64,000 bases of DNA, from the NCBI GenBank assembly GCA_017466885.1, contig JAFTTH010000021.1:6624-70623 (forward strand), given 5' to 3'. How positions within the stretch are numbered: the stretch's first letter is position 1; the number at the start of each line of letters is the position of its first letter. Made by a program: the position numbers and the translations under genes. This DNA comes from Oscillospiraceae bacterium (GTDB lineage: Bacteria; Bacillota; Clostridia; Oscillospirales; Ruminococcaceae). Shown here one piece after another: positions 37,823 through 48,200 of the stretch. Under the pieces are notes generated by a model, which was not told where the DNA came from, made no database searches, and saw nothing but the letters and a program-made list of their open reading frames with translations.

Positions 37823-38066
37823 GGCAATTGTTTCTCCAATCTGCCGTAAAAAATAGGAAAACTCTTTTTCTCTGTCACGGCTTGCAGAGAAAAGAACGGG
37901 GAAAAGAAGAAATCTCCCTATGCCGCCCGAAAACGGCAACCGGGAGATTCTGAAACGTCTCGCAAAAGGGCTCCTCCGGAGGGAGAAGCTTTGATCCGGA
38001 GCAGAAAGCTCCCATATACCCATGGGCTTGGCAAGACCCCCCGGAGGCCGGAGGGTCAGAGGATAT
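37823..38066 (-). promoter_or_regulatory. structured leader of hisS-aspS with an intrinsic-terminator-like hairpin (attenuator of unassigned class)
   Basis: Minus strand AATCTCCC-GGTTGCCGTTTTCGGGCGGCATA-GGGAGATT followed by TCTTCTTTT (plus-strand 37902-37950), about 80 nt before the ATG. I could not find the canonical T-box GGGUGGNACCGCG sequence. Confidence 0.35.
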
Positions 38067-38477
38067 TCAGTTAAACGGAGTCCGGATAATATCCCGCCAA
38101 TCCAGATCGCCCCGCTCAAGGCCATGAATCAGGACCTCAGCCGTGGCAATATTGGTGGCCATAGGAATATTATGAGAATCGCAAAGCCGCAGAAGATTCA
38201 GCTCGCTGGACTGATTCTCAGAAGAACTGGCAATGGAATCCCGGAAGAAGAGGAGAAGATCCACTTCGTTGCAGGCGATCCGGGCGGCAATCTGCTGGTC
38301 GCCTCCCTGGGCGCTGCTGAGGAAGCGGAAAACATTCAGCCCGGCGGCCTCAGAGATCAGCTTACCGGTGGTGGCGGTGGCACAGAGATTATGCTGGCTG
38401 AGAACGCCACGGTAGGCGATGCAGAACTGAACCATCAGTTCCTTTTTGGTATCATGTGCGATGAGTGCGATATTCAT
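38067..38477 (-). CDS. mgsA: methylglyoxal synthase
   Basis: 136 aa. The pattern IALIAHD.KK..M and the length are typical of MgsA. Confidence 0.82.
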   Translation of the reverse strand: MNIALIAHDTKKELMVQFCIAYRGVLSQHNLCATATTGKLISEAAGLNVFRFLSSAQGGDQQIAARIACNEVDLLLFFRDSIASSSENQSSELNLLRLCDSHNIPMATNIATAEVLIHGLERGDLDWRDIIRTPFN

Positions 38478-39241
38478 TATTTATAGATCCTCCTTTGAAG
38501 GCTTTTTTCACTGATAATCAACGGAATATTCCGCCCCAAGAGACGGGCGGCAATTGCAGAAAAAATCTGCTGCTCCGGACTTTCCGGAGGAAGGGGCTTC
38601 CCTTGCAGAAGGGAGGAACGGATCTGCTCGCTTTCGGGAAGAACGCCGATCAGGCGAACCTTCGCCCGGTCAATGATCTGATCCAGATCGGGGAGCTTTT
38701 TGCGGGTTCTGCCCACCGGGGCGACCCGGTTAATGACCAGCCGGCAATCGGTACAGCCTGCCTCAGTCAGGAGCTCTTTGGTGACATAAGCATCCCGGGA
38801 GGAGAGGGGATCGGCACCGGTAACGATCAGTGCCCGGTCTGCGGCTGAGGCAGCGGCCCGGACCAACGGCCCGACACCGGCGGGAGCATCAACCAAAACA
38901 AGATCAAAGGCGGAGGACAAAGAGCGGCAGGCCTGAGCCAAACGCTCCGCAGGAATCGGCTTATCTGCCCGGGCAGGTGCAGGGAGAACGTAAAGCCCTT
39001 CAAAGGAAGGAACACGGATCATTGCATCCGCCGCTCCGCAGGTTCCCGAAAAAACATCCGCAAGATTAAAGACCACATCTTCCCCGAAGCCGAGGAAAAG
39101 ATCCAGACAACGCAAGCCGGCATCCAGTTCAACGATCAGAGTCCGCTTGCCGAGGGTGGAAAAGGCTTGTCCCAGCAGAGCGGAGAGTGTGGATTTTCCC
39201 ACGCCGCCCTTACCGGAGGTAACCAGAATAACGGTGCCCAT
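38477..39241 (-). CDS. MinD/ParA-family P-loop ATPase
   Basis: Deviant Walker A SGKGGVGKST and Walker B LVLVDAP. 254 aa from ATG 39241. Its stop overlaps the mgsA start by 1 nt. Confidence 0.75.
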   Translation of the reverse strand: MGTVILVTSGKGGVGKSTLSALLGQAFSTLGKRTLIVELDAGLRCLDLFLGFGEDVVFNLADVFSGTCGAADAMIRVPSFEGLYVLPAPARADKPIPAERLAQACRSLSSAFDLVLVDAPAGVGPLVRAAASAADRALIVTGADPLSSRDAYVTKELLTEAGCTDCRLVINRVAPVGRTRKKLPDLDQIIDRAKVRLIGVLPESEQIRSSLLQGKPLPPESPEQQIFSAIAARLLGRNIPLIISEKSLQRRIYK

Positions 39242-39454
39242 AAACGGCCAGACGGCCTCCTTTCCATCGGCAGGACCAGCCGAAGCAATTCGAAAAAGCT
39301 CCCTGCTGGAATTTTTTCCGTCACAGGAAACTACTCCCTTATATTCTATCATAATACTATGAGGATTGTCAAAGCATTTGTGAAACTATTTTCGCTTTTT
39401 TCGGCTTTCACAAATCCAGCCGGGATATTTTATTCAAAAGGCGAAAATAATCCC

Positions 39455-40297
39455 CTATTTTACCTTCTGAACGGTAGGCTTAAGCCGGTTGGTGTTGTGA
39501 AAAATGGGAACAGGCGTCTCCCTTTCCCCCTCCCGCAAAAGCCGCGCCATTACCACGTATCGGGTGTTGGTGCCGTAGCCGTATTCAAAGGTACAGGTTT
39601 GGAGAGTCAGAAGCCGGTCAGTAGGGAGAATGTCGGTATCGTAAACGAAATGGGACCGGGCCAGAGCACCCCCCACAAGGTTTTCAAACACATCCGTCTC
39701 CGGTTTGGGCTCGATATAATAAAAATCGGTGTCGGTAATAAATGCGGCAAAGATCCGGAACACCAGCAATCCCTGGTCGGTCATCAGATAAACAAACTGG
39801 TTTTCCTTGGCAAAGTCATATTTCCGGAACCGCTCCAGCCGCCCGAACATTACCTCCTGGTAGAGGATATTGTGTCCGTAAATAATGGTGTTGGGATCCA
39901 GCGGATCATTGGCAGTTAAGGTGTTCCGGAAATCCAGGAAGATCGAGCCGTACATCGACCGGACGTGGTTGAAGGTATGCTTCAGATAATAGTCGTTATC
40001 CTTCCCCTGCACCACTGGAAAGTCAATATCGGCAGCGGGGATCTGAATATATCCTACCGTGTCCTTGTTCTTTTTTCGGGAGGAAACAAAGAGCTCCTCC
40101 ATTTCAGAAACGAAGGTTTCCCGTTCCGTGGCAGAGTTCTCCGGTTGAGAGGACGCCTGGGAGGAAGCCGGTTGGGAGGATACGGCCTGGGAGGAATTCT
40201 CTTTGGAGGATTCCTGGGAGGAGGCGGTTTGGGAAGAGGTTCCCGCGGCACAGCCGCAAAGCAAAATCAGGGCAAGGGCCGTTGCAAGAATGCGCAT
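39455..40297 (-). CDS. srtB: class B sortase with lipoprotein-type signal and Ser/Gln-rich linker
   Basis: VGYIQIP..DIDFPVVQGKDNDYYLKH.F, GSIFLD, IIYGHN and catalytic LTLQTC motifs. Lipobox LLCGC. Start ATG 40297 behind AAAGGAGG. Confidence 0.8.
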   Translation of the reverse strand: MRILATALALILLCGCAAGTSSQTASSQESSKENSSQAVSSQPASSQASSQPENSATERETFVSEMEELFVSSRKKNKDTVGYIQIPAADIDFPVVQGKDNDYYLKHTFNHVRSMYGSIFLDFRNTLTANDPLDPNTIIYGHNILYQEVMFGRLERFRKYDFAKENQFVYLMTDQGLLVFRIFAAFITDTDFYYIEPKPETDVFENLVGGALARSHFVYDTDILPTDRLLTLQTCTFEYGYGTNTRYVVMARLLREGERETPVPIFHNTNRLKPTVQKVK

Positions 40298-40322
40298 CAG
40301 GGGTTCCTCCTTTCGGTGACGG

Positions 40323-41573
40323 TTAGTGGGGGAGTTTCTCCGTTTCTTCCGCAGCCAGCAGAATGCCGATCTTGGCGGAGCCGTAATGAATGCCGCCCTG
40401 CAACCAGAGCGCGTAAGGCGGGCGGATGGGTGCATCGGCAGAAAGCTCGATGGAGGCGCCGTTGGTAAAGCAACCTGCCGCCATAATCACAGGGCTGTCA
40501 TACCCCGGCATATCCCAGGGCTCGGGGGTAGCGTAGCTATCCACCGGGGAACCGGCCTGCAGTCCGCGGCAGAAGGCGGAAAGCCGCTCGGCACTTCCCA
40601 AAAGGAGGGATTGGATAATATCCGTCCGGGGGGCATCGTAAGCAGGGAGAACATCATACCCTAACTCGGCAAAGAGCCCCGCGGCAAAGATAGCGGTTTT
40701 GACTGCATCGCAAACGGTAGCGGGAGCCGCAAAAAGGCCCATATAAAGCTCCCGGAGATGATCCATACTGCAGCCGACCTCTTTGCCCATTCCGGGGCAG
40801 GTCAGCCGGTCGGCGGCCAGCTCCACAAGGTCTGCCCGTCCGGCAACGTATCCTCCGGTGGGGGCAATTCCGCCGCCTGCATTTTTAATAAGGCTGCCGG
40901 CGCATAGATCCGCACCCACACCGCAGGGCTCGGTGGTTTCCACAAACTCACCGTAGCAGTTATCCACCATAACGATAATATCGGGGTTGGCGGCCTTGGC
41001 CTCAGCATCGATCCGGCCGATTTCCTCCACAAAAACGGAGGGACGGAGAGAATAGCCTCTGGACCGCTGAATATAACAGACCCGGGCACCCTTTACCGCC
41101 TCCGGAATGGCGGCATGGTCCACCCGGCCTTCAGCGGTCAGGGCAACCTCCCGGTAGAGAACACCGTAGGCGGCCAAAGAGCCGGGATGATTTCCCCGCA
41201 AGCCGATGGTTTCCTCCATGGTATCGTAGGGGCGGCCGGTGACCGAAACAAGGACATCTCCCGGGCGGAGGCAGGCGAAAAGAGCCACAGCCAAAGCGTG
41301 GGTACCCGACACAAAGGTATGTCGGACGCAGGCATCCTCCGCATCCAGAGCAAAGGCCATAATTTTATCCAGGGTATCCCGGCCAATGTCACCGTATCCG
41401 TACCCGGTGGTGCCGCAAAGATGGGCCGCACTGACCCGGTTATCAATAAAAGCCCGCAAAACCTTTTGCTGGGTCTGCTCAGAGATCTTTTCCCGCTGGG
41501 CAAATACCTCGGCGCACCGGGCTTCGGCGGCCTCTGCCGCCCGTAAAATCGGATCGGAAATCGAAAAATACAC
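40323..41573 (-). CDS. ynbB: PLP-dependent methionine gamma-lyase family protein (YnbB / aluminium-resistance family)
   Basis: GTTGYGYGDIGRD block and typical approximately 416-aa length. GTG start 41573 with GGAG 8 nt upstream. The upstream part of the track ORF has no support. Confidence 0.72.
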   Translation of the reverse strand: MYFSISDPILRAAEAAEARCAEVFAQREKISEQTQQKVLRAFIDNRVSAAHLCGTTGYGYGDIGRDTLDKIMAFALDAEDACVRHTFVSGTHALAVALFACLRPGDVLVSVTGRPYDTMEETIGLRGNHPGSLAAYGVLYREVALTAEGRVDHAAIPEAVKGARVCYIQRSRGYSLRPSVFVEEIGRIDAEAKAANPDIIVMVDNCYGEFVETTEPCGVGADLCAGSLIKNAGGGIAPTGGYVAGRADLVELAADRLTCPGMGKEVGCSMDHLRELYMGLFAAPATVCDAVKTAIFAAGLFAELGYDVLPAYDAPRTDIIQSLLLGSAERLSAFCRGLQAGSPVDSYATPEPWDMPGYDSPVIMAAGCFTNGASIELSADAPIRPPYALWLQGGIHYGSAKIGILLAAEETEKLPH

Positions 41574-41607
41574 AGCTGTCGCTCCATTCAGAATAGAATC
41601 AAAGGGT

Positions 41608-41636
41608 ATTATAGCACGGCAAAATTTTTCCGTCAA
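41608..41636 (-). promoter_or_regulatory. sigma-A type promoter for ynbB-like gene
   Basis: Minus strand TTGACG (41631-41636), 17-bp spacer, TATAAT (41608-41613). Confidence 0.55.
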
Positions 41637-41679
41637 CAGAATATAACATATTGTATAATATATAATAAAAAATACAATA

Positions 41680-44600
41680 TTATAGGGGGAGAATAGGAAT
41701 GAACCGGCCCAGGGCAAAGGAGTAAAGATACCCGCCCCGGACAGGCAGGGAAAAGCAGGTTTTTCCCGCCTCCATATACAGCCGGAGCTGGTCGGCATAA
41801 AGAGCTTCCAGCTCCTCCATCTGCCGGACACGGTCGGTCTTATAGTCCACCAGCCAGATGCCGCCATCCTCCTCAAAGGCCAGGTCGATGACACCCTGGA
41901 TCATAGAGCCGGTGTAATCCACTCCGCCGTAAGAGCCGGAGGCCTCAAAGAGAAACCGCTCCTCCCGGTAAAGGCGGGGGGAGGCAAGGACGCGGCGGCT
42001 CAGCTCCGAATCAAAGTAGGTTCTGACCTCCTTCATAGAGATGCCGGAGGCGGCTTCGGGGGTCAGGTATTCCTCCCGCACCAGCCGGACAAGCTCCTCC
42101 TCAGGGTCCTGGGCGGCGGCCCGGGGATTACAGAACTGCATAAACTGATGAAGGGCGGTGCCCTTTTCGGCACCGGTCAGCCCCTCCTGCTCCATAAAGC
42201 GGGGACGGGCATCAAAGTTATACCGCTCCGAGGGGGCTTTGGCAAGCTCCGAAACGGAAATCTTGGCAGGGATAGCAGTTTCCCGGGCATAAGGATAGGT
42301 AAAGGAAAACCGCTCCCGCAGGGTCCGGGAAAGTCCGGGAGGCGGGGAGAAGGTGAAGTCGGGTGTTTTGGCGTTTTCCGTGGCGGGGAGGGAGGGGGAG
42401 GTTTCTTCAAGAATCTCCATTGCCGGGATGATCCGGACATCCAGCGCCGCGCCTTCCTTGAAGGAGGGATGGTCGTAAACATCGGCAATATGCCGGAGGG
42501 GAAAGGCATCCGGAAGATGAAGGAGAGACATCAGAAGGATATCCGCCGGGGAGTTGGCCTTTTTGACCGCGAAGGAGGAAAGCTTTCCCGGTGTTCGGCG
42601 GCAAAGGGCGTCAATTTCGGCGCATTCCTTGGCAATATCCTTGGAGGTCATGGTAATAATCAGCTTTTCCCGGGCGCGGGTCAGGGCGACGTAAAGAATC
42701 CGCAGCTCCTCCGAAAGGGAGGAATCCCGGACGGTCAGCCGGAGGGCTTCCAGCGGAAGCGTCGGACGGCGAAACAGTCCCTCCTCCCGACGGATGGACG
42801 CAAAGCCCAGCCGGGAATGGACCAGAGAGGGGTTGGAAAGCTCCCGGCGGTTAAATTCCCGGGAGGTATCGCAGAGGAAGCAGACGGGGAATTCCAGCCC
42901 CTTGGATTTATGAATACTCATCACAGTCACAGAATCTCCCCCGCCGGAGGTCGCCGGGACAACAAAGTCCTTTCCTCCCGCGCAGACCCGCTCCATATAT
43001 CCCACAAAGGAATGGAGACTGCGGTTGCCTGTTTCTTCAAAACGGCGGGCAAAATCCGCAAAGAGACGGAGCCGGGCCAGACGTTCCTCCCCGTGGGGTG
43101 CGGCCAGGAAAATATCGCAGATGCCGGTTTTCAGATAGATCCGGGTGATCAGCTCGCTGACGGTGGAGCGGAGGGAAATCCGCCGAAGCTCTGTCAGCTC
43201 CTCCTGTACCCGCACCGCAGGGGGAAAGCCCTCCCGGGCGGAAAGGAGAAGGGCATCGTAAAGTCCTTTTTTGCGGTCGGAGAGCCGGATCCGGGCAACA
43301 TCCTCGGCGGTCAGTCCGAATATGGGGGACATCAGCACCGATAACAGCGGCACATCCTGCGCAGGGTTGGAGATGACCCGCAGAAGGGAGAGGAGAACCT
43401 GGATCTCCCGGGCGGTGAGAAACTCACCGGCCGAGTCGGAGGTGACAGGGATTCCCATTCCCGAAAGAATCCGGAGATAGTCGGAAACGTGTTTTCCCGG
43501 GGAGCGGAGTAAAATGGCAATATCCCCGGGGCGGATGGGGCGAAAATGGCCGTTTTCGGTGATCTCCTCTTCGCCGCAGAGCAGCTGCAGGATCCGCTGG
43601 CCAACCATCCGGATCTCCAGCTCTTCTTTGGGAAGGGAGGAATCTCCCACCCGGTCGGCGATCAGAAGCTCAGGAGTATCGTCGGGATTTGTCTGATAGG
43701 AGGCCCCCGGGATGAGTGCCTCCTCCTCGTTATATTCCACCTCGCCGACTCTCCGGCTCATACAACGGGAAAAGATAAAGTTGACAAGATCCGTTACACT
43801 TTTCCGGCTCCGGAAGTTCCGGGCAAGCAGAATGGTAGAGGGAAGCCGGGGGGCCTGGGGATCGTAAAGAGGGTAGGCGTCCCGCCGACCTGCAAAAAGC
43901 TCGGGCGAGGCCTGCCGGAAGCGGTAGATGCTCTGCTTGATATCTCCCACCAGGAAGAAATTTTTTTCCTCCCGGGAGATGGCAGAAAAGAGCATATCCT
44001 GGGCAAGGTTTGTATCCTGATATTCATCAATGTAAATTTCCTCCAGCTCCTCCGAAAGACGGCGGGCCAGGGGGGTGGGACGGTGTTCTCCGTCAGGGGC
44101 CTTTTCCACCAGCAGGCGGAGCGCAAACTGCTCCAGGTCGGAAAAGTCCACCGCGTTTATTTCCCGTTTTTTCTCTGAAAAGACCCGGTCCAGCTCCTCC
44201 ACCAGTCCGAAAAGGCGTTCCACCACCGGTCGAAGTGCCCGCAGATCCTCCGAAAAGGACTGGGAGGTATGGGGAAAGAAGCGGGTTTTGCATTCGGTGA
44301 TCTGATCTCTGGCGGCCTTGCGGAGGGCGGCGATCCGGAGCTTGAGTGCTTCGTCGGCATCCCGGGTCGGTTTAAATGAGGAGGAGGGAATGTTCAGCAC
44401 AGCCTGGCGGCAGGCATCAAAGCCATCCTGCCTCAGAGCAATGAAGGCATTTTTTGTCCAGTAAAGCTCATCACTCAGGGTGGGCAGGTAGGCTTTCCGG
44501 AAAATATCATCCTTCCGGCAAAGGAGGCAGGCCGATGCAAGATGCCCCAAAGCAAAGCGGAAGGCACCCTCCAGATGTTCCATAATTACCTTCCCCCAAA

Positions 44601-45225
44601 CGGTTTCCTCCAGGGGAAGGGTGTCGTCATAAAAAGAAAGCTTTTCCGCCAGCCATTCCTCATAAAAGGGGTGGGCGCGGAGAAAATCGTAAAGCTCCAG
44701 AAGGGTGGACAGAAGCCGGGAGTCGTCCCGTCCGCCGCTAACCAGCTCCATCAGGGAAAGAAAATCGGCGTCTCCGGCGGCATAAGCCTCCTCCAAAACC
44801 TCGTCGGCACTTTCCCGGAGAAGAAGCCGCATCTCCTGCTCCTCACCGATCCGGAAGCCGTAATCCAAAGGGAGAGAGGATATCTCTGCCCGCAGAAGCT
44901 CTCCGCAGAAGGAGTGGATGGTGCAGATCCGGGCACGGCGGAGGAGGGTCAGCTGTCGGCGGAGTCCGGTATCGTAGGGGTTTTGGGCGGCAAGCTCGGC
45001 AAGACGCTTTCCGATCCGTTCTTTCATCTCTGCCGCGGCGGCATTGGAGAAGGTAACCACCAAAAGCCGGTCAATATCCACGGCGTTTTCTCCCGTGACC
45101 CGGGAGACGATCCGTTCCGTTAAAACGGCGGTTTTTCCCGAGCCTGCGGCCGCCGAAACGAGGATGCTTCCTCCCCGCAGGTCAATGGCGGCCTGTTGTT
45201 CTTCTGTCCAGCGATGTCCGGCCAT
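41680..45225 (-). CDS. addA: ATP-dependent helicase/nuclease subunit A
   Basis: UvrD-type helicase motifs (AAAGSGKT, DEYQDTN) and a C-terminal RecB-family nuclease (GVIDLAF..DYKTD). Start ATG 45225 behind AAAGGAGG. Confidence 0.93.
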   Translation of the reverse strand: MAGHRWTEEQQAAIDLRGGSILVSAAAGSGKTAVLTERIVSRVTGENAVDIDRLLVVTFSNAAAAEMKERIGKRLAELAAQNPYDTGLRRQLTLLRRARICTIHSFCGELLRAEISSLPLDYGFRIGEEQEMRLLLRESADEVLEEAYAAGDADFLSLMELVSGGRDDSRLLSTLLELYDFLRAHPFYEEWLAEKLSFYDDTLPLEETVWGKVIMEHLEGAFRFALGHLASACLLCRKDDIFRKAYLPTLSDELYWTKNAFIALRQDGFDACRQAVLNIPSSSFKPTRDADEALKLRIAALRKAARDQITECKTRFFPHTSQSFSEDLRALRPVVERLFGLVEELDRVFSEKKREINAVDFSDLEQFALRLLVEKAPDGEHRPTPLARRLSEELEEIYIDEYQDTNLAQDMLFSAISREEKNFFLVGDIKQSIYRFRQASPELFAGRRDAYPLYDPQAPRLPSTILLARNFRSRKSVTDLVNFIFSRCMSRRVGEVEYNEEEALIPGASYQTNPDDTPELLIADRVGDSSLPKEELEIRMVGQRILQLLCGEEEITENGHFRPIRPGDIAILLRSPGKHVSDYLRILSGMGIPVTSDSAGEFLTAREIQVLLSLLRVISNPAQDVPLLSVLMSPIFGLTAEDVARIRLSDRKKGLYDALLLSAREGFPPAVRVQEELTELRRISLRSTVSELITRIYLKTGICDIFLAAPHGEERLARLRLFADFARRFEETGNRSLHSFVGYMERVCAGGKDFVVPATSGGGDSVTVMSIHKSKGLEFPVCFLCDTSREFNRRELSNPSLVHSRLGFASIRREEGLFRRPTLPLEALRLTVRDSSLSEELRILYVALTRAREKLIITMTSKDIAKECAEIDALCRRTPGKLSSFAVKKANSPADILLMSLLHLPDAFPLRHIADVYDHPSFKEGAALDVRIIPAMEILEETSPSLPATENAKTPDFTFSPPPGLSRTLRERFSFTYPYARETAIPAKISVSELAKAPSERYNFDARPRFMEQEGLTGAEKGTALHQFMQFCNPRAAAQDPEEELVRLVREEYLTPEAASGISMKEVRTYFDSELSRRVLASPRLYREERFLFEASGSYGGVDYTGSMIQGVIDLAFEEDGGIWLVDYKTDRVRQMEELEALYADQLRLYMEAGKTCFSLPVRGGYLYSFALGRFIPILPL

Positions 45226-45252
45226 CCGGCATCCTCCTTTCTGCAAAATCAA

Positions 45253-48200
45253 TCAAACAGTCTGTTTTTCCTCCCCGGCTTCCATACCGCAAACGGCGCG
45301 GTAGTCACAGGAATCGCAGGGGTCCTTCCCTCCGGCAACGGTGGGGTTGATCCGGGTACTACCCCGGCGGAGAAGGGCGGCCATCTGGGCAACGAGATGC
45401 TCCACCTCGTTGCGGAGCTTCCCCATCTCTTCCAGGGAGATAAGCCGGGAGTGAGCGTCGGGAGTACCGTCTTTTTTCAGCTTGACCGGAATAAAAATGC
45501 CGCCGGCATTCTCCTCCATCCCACGGATTACATTCTCATCATCCAAAACAATGCCGTTCATCTTCAGCTTTCGGCCCTCCTCTGTGGCCCGGTCAGCCTC
45601 GGAGGCACCGGCATTCACCAGGATAGCGTCGGCTGTCGCCGGCATATAAAGAACACCTGCGGGAACAACATTGCCGTATCGCGCGGTGCCGTTTTCCCAA
45701 AGGGAGAACAGATAAATCAGCATCTGCATATTCAGACCCGCCATGACCTCCGCAAGACGGAAAACGCGGGTTCCTGTTTTATAGTCCACCACCCGGACAT
45801 AACTGACGCCGTTTTCCCGCATCACGTCCACCCGGTCGATCTTCCCCTCCATAAAAACAGTTCCGCCCTCGGGATTTTTCAAAACAATGGGAGGGATTTC
45901 GCCGTTCCGGCCGATGCTCAGCTCAAAATCCTCCGGCATAAATTTGCTTTGGGCAAACTCCCGGCGCAGATGCCGGCACAGACGGAGCAACGCCGCCTCC
46001 AGACGGCGGAGCAGGTGGAAAAACCGGGCGCTTTCCCGGCTGATGCCGGAATAATTTTCGGTGATAAACAGGTCCAGCGTTTCGGTTACCGCGGCGTGAA
46101 GCTCCTCCTCGCTGAAGGAGAAGAAAGCGTCAGCGCCCTTTTGGGCAAACAGCCGGTGCAGACAGTCGTGGACGAGGTTTCCCGTTTCCAAAACACCCAC
46201 CTGAACCTTCCGGCGGGGCTGCGCCCGAAGGGTATATTTGCAAAAATAACGGAATTCACACAGATAAAAGGTTTCCAACCGGCTGGGGGAGAGGGAAAAA
46301 TGCTCAGGATACAGCCGTGCGGTCACAGTGGGGTCACCGATTCCGCTTTCCGGACGGAAGGGGGTACGAAGCCGCAACAGCTCCCGGTGATAGCCGGCTT
46401 CCCCCACAACGCTTTCCACCTCCTGACGGGTATCAGGGGACATTCCCTTGCCCGATGCGAGGAGAGAAAGAGCGGAACGGGGAGTGTAGATCAGATTGAA
46501 AGGGGGGAGAGTGGCATCATCTAGTTCGGGAGCCAGGGGGAAATGCCCGCGAAGCTTCTGGTAAGGGGCAGAGGGAGTCTGCACCGCTCCGGAAAGGGAG
46601 GTGCGGCTATAGGAAAGGTTGACCTCCCCTCCTGCGGCAGTCAGAGCGGTATAGCAAACAAGCTCTTCCCCGCAAAGAAGCTCCTCCGGACCTTTGAAGC
46701 GGGGGAGAATTCCGGCGGAAAGGAGATCCCGTTCCCGCTCGCTGAAGAACCCGCCCGAAAGGGTGGTGCGGGGGAACTCTCCTTCGGCCAGCCCGAAAAC
46801 AAAGCAGGCCTTGATTTGAGCCGGGCGGATATGTCCGGCGCTGCCCACCTGCACCTCATCCAGGGAGGGCGGGATTCTGCTCAGCCGGGAGCCGGAGGCA
46901 AGGGAGTCGAAAAGCTCGGAAAATTCTTTCAGAGAAAGGGGCTGATCGGGGAGTGCGGTAGCCATCCGGTCCAGAGAGGAAAGGAGGGTGCGGTAAACCT
47001 GCGCCGTTTCGGCCATAGGCTCTCCGAAAAGCTCGGTGCCCTCCCCGGCCGCCCGGGAGAGGGTTTCGGGAAGGTGAAAGTCGCAGAGCAGTCCGTAAAC
47101 TGCGCGGGCGATCTGACTGCCGTTCTGATCCCGGCAGGCTTCCCGCAGGGTAAGAATTGGCGCAGTTAAGGTGCGGCGAAGCTGCTCCAGCTCGGCGGGA
47201 CAAAGGGCGTCCTCGGCGGATTTCCCCGGGCCTTCTTCGGGAGCGGTCCAGCTTTTCCGCCAGCCGGCACCCTTGATGCTCCAAATGGCAGTATAGTTTT
47301 CCAGCCGGGCAATGAGGGTTTCGTCAGGTGTAACGAGGCCCGTTTTGCAAAGGAGAAGAAAATCATCGGTAGAGAAGGCTTTCCCCAGACGGAGGGCCGT
47401 TTGCACAAATAAAAACAGAGGATGACACCGGACATCCTTCTTTCGGTCGGAGAAAAAGGGAATCTCATATTTAGAGAAGATCTCCTCAAAGATGGGAAGA
47501 TAAGGGGCAGTATCCCGCCCGATGACGGCGATCTGCCGATACCGGTATTTTCCCGACCGGACAAGATTGCAGATCCGGGCGGCAATGGCGGTGATCTCCT
47601 GATAGGGAGTGGAGGCTGAGAAAAAGCGGATTCCCTTCCAATTTCCCCAAAAGGGCGGGAGGGGCCGGTCGGCGGAAAGAGTTGTCTCCATTTCGGCGAG
47701 AGCGGGAGTTTCAAACCGCCAGGGATCCTCCAGATGGATCTCCCGGGTGGGCAGACCCAGCTCCTCTGCGGTTTGCTTTAAGCGGCGGGCCATTCGCCGG
47801 ACGGTGAAGAAGGGATCGGCAGTCTCGGCGCTCTGCAGCCGGTCACAGCAGACAGAAAGGGTAACCTCCTCAGCCTCCGAAAGGATCAGCTCCAGCATCC
47901 GCATCTGAGGATAGGTAAAGCCGAAAAAGTCATCCAAAAAGATATGGAATCCGGAAAAAAAGCCCTTCCCCGCAGCTCGCCGAAGGGCACGGAGAATCAG
48001 CTCCGTTTCATCGGCAAAGGCAGAGGAAAGGCTTTCCTGATAGGCAGAATAAACCGCCCCCAGCTCGGAAAGCTTCCGGGAGAGGGTGGCGTTGTTTGCG
48101 TTTTGGGCGGCAGTAGCCAGCTCTTCGGGGTGGACGCCGGCATTGCGCAGCTCATCGGTCAGCTCCACCAGCTGGGAGACAAACCGGGTATTCTTTCTCT

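Noticed and set aside
37823-38066. Calling the hisS leader a T-box riboswitch outright
   Set aside because: The position and terminator fit, but I could not see the conserved T-box 14-mer or a specifier-loop context by eye. It is therefore reported only as an unclassified attenuator candidate.
41637-41679. AT-only inverted repeat ATATTGTAT...ATACAATAT between the addA stop and the ynbB promoter
   Set aside because: It is a weak all-A/T stem in an AT-rich promoter/terminator spacer. This is plausibly just the addA 3' end and promoter UP-element context, with nothing to suggest a specific element.
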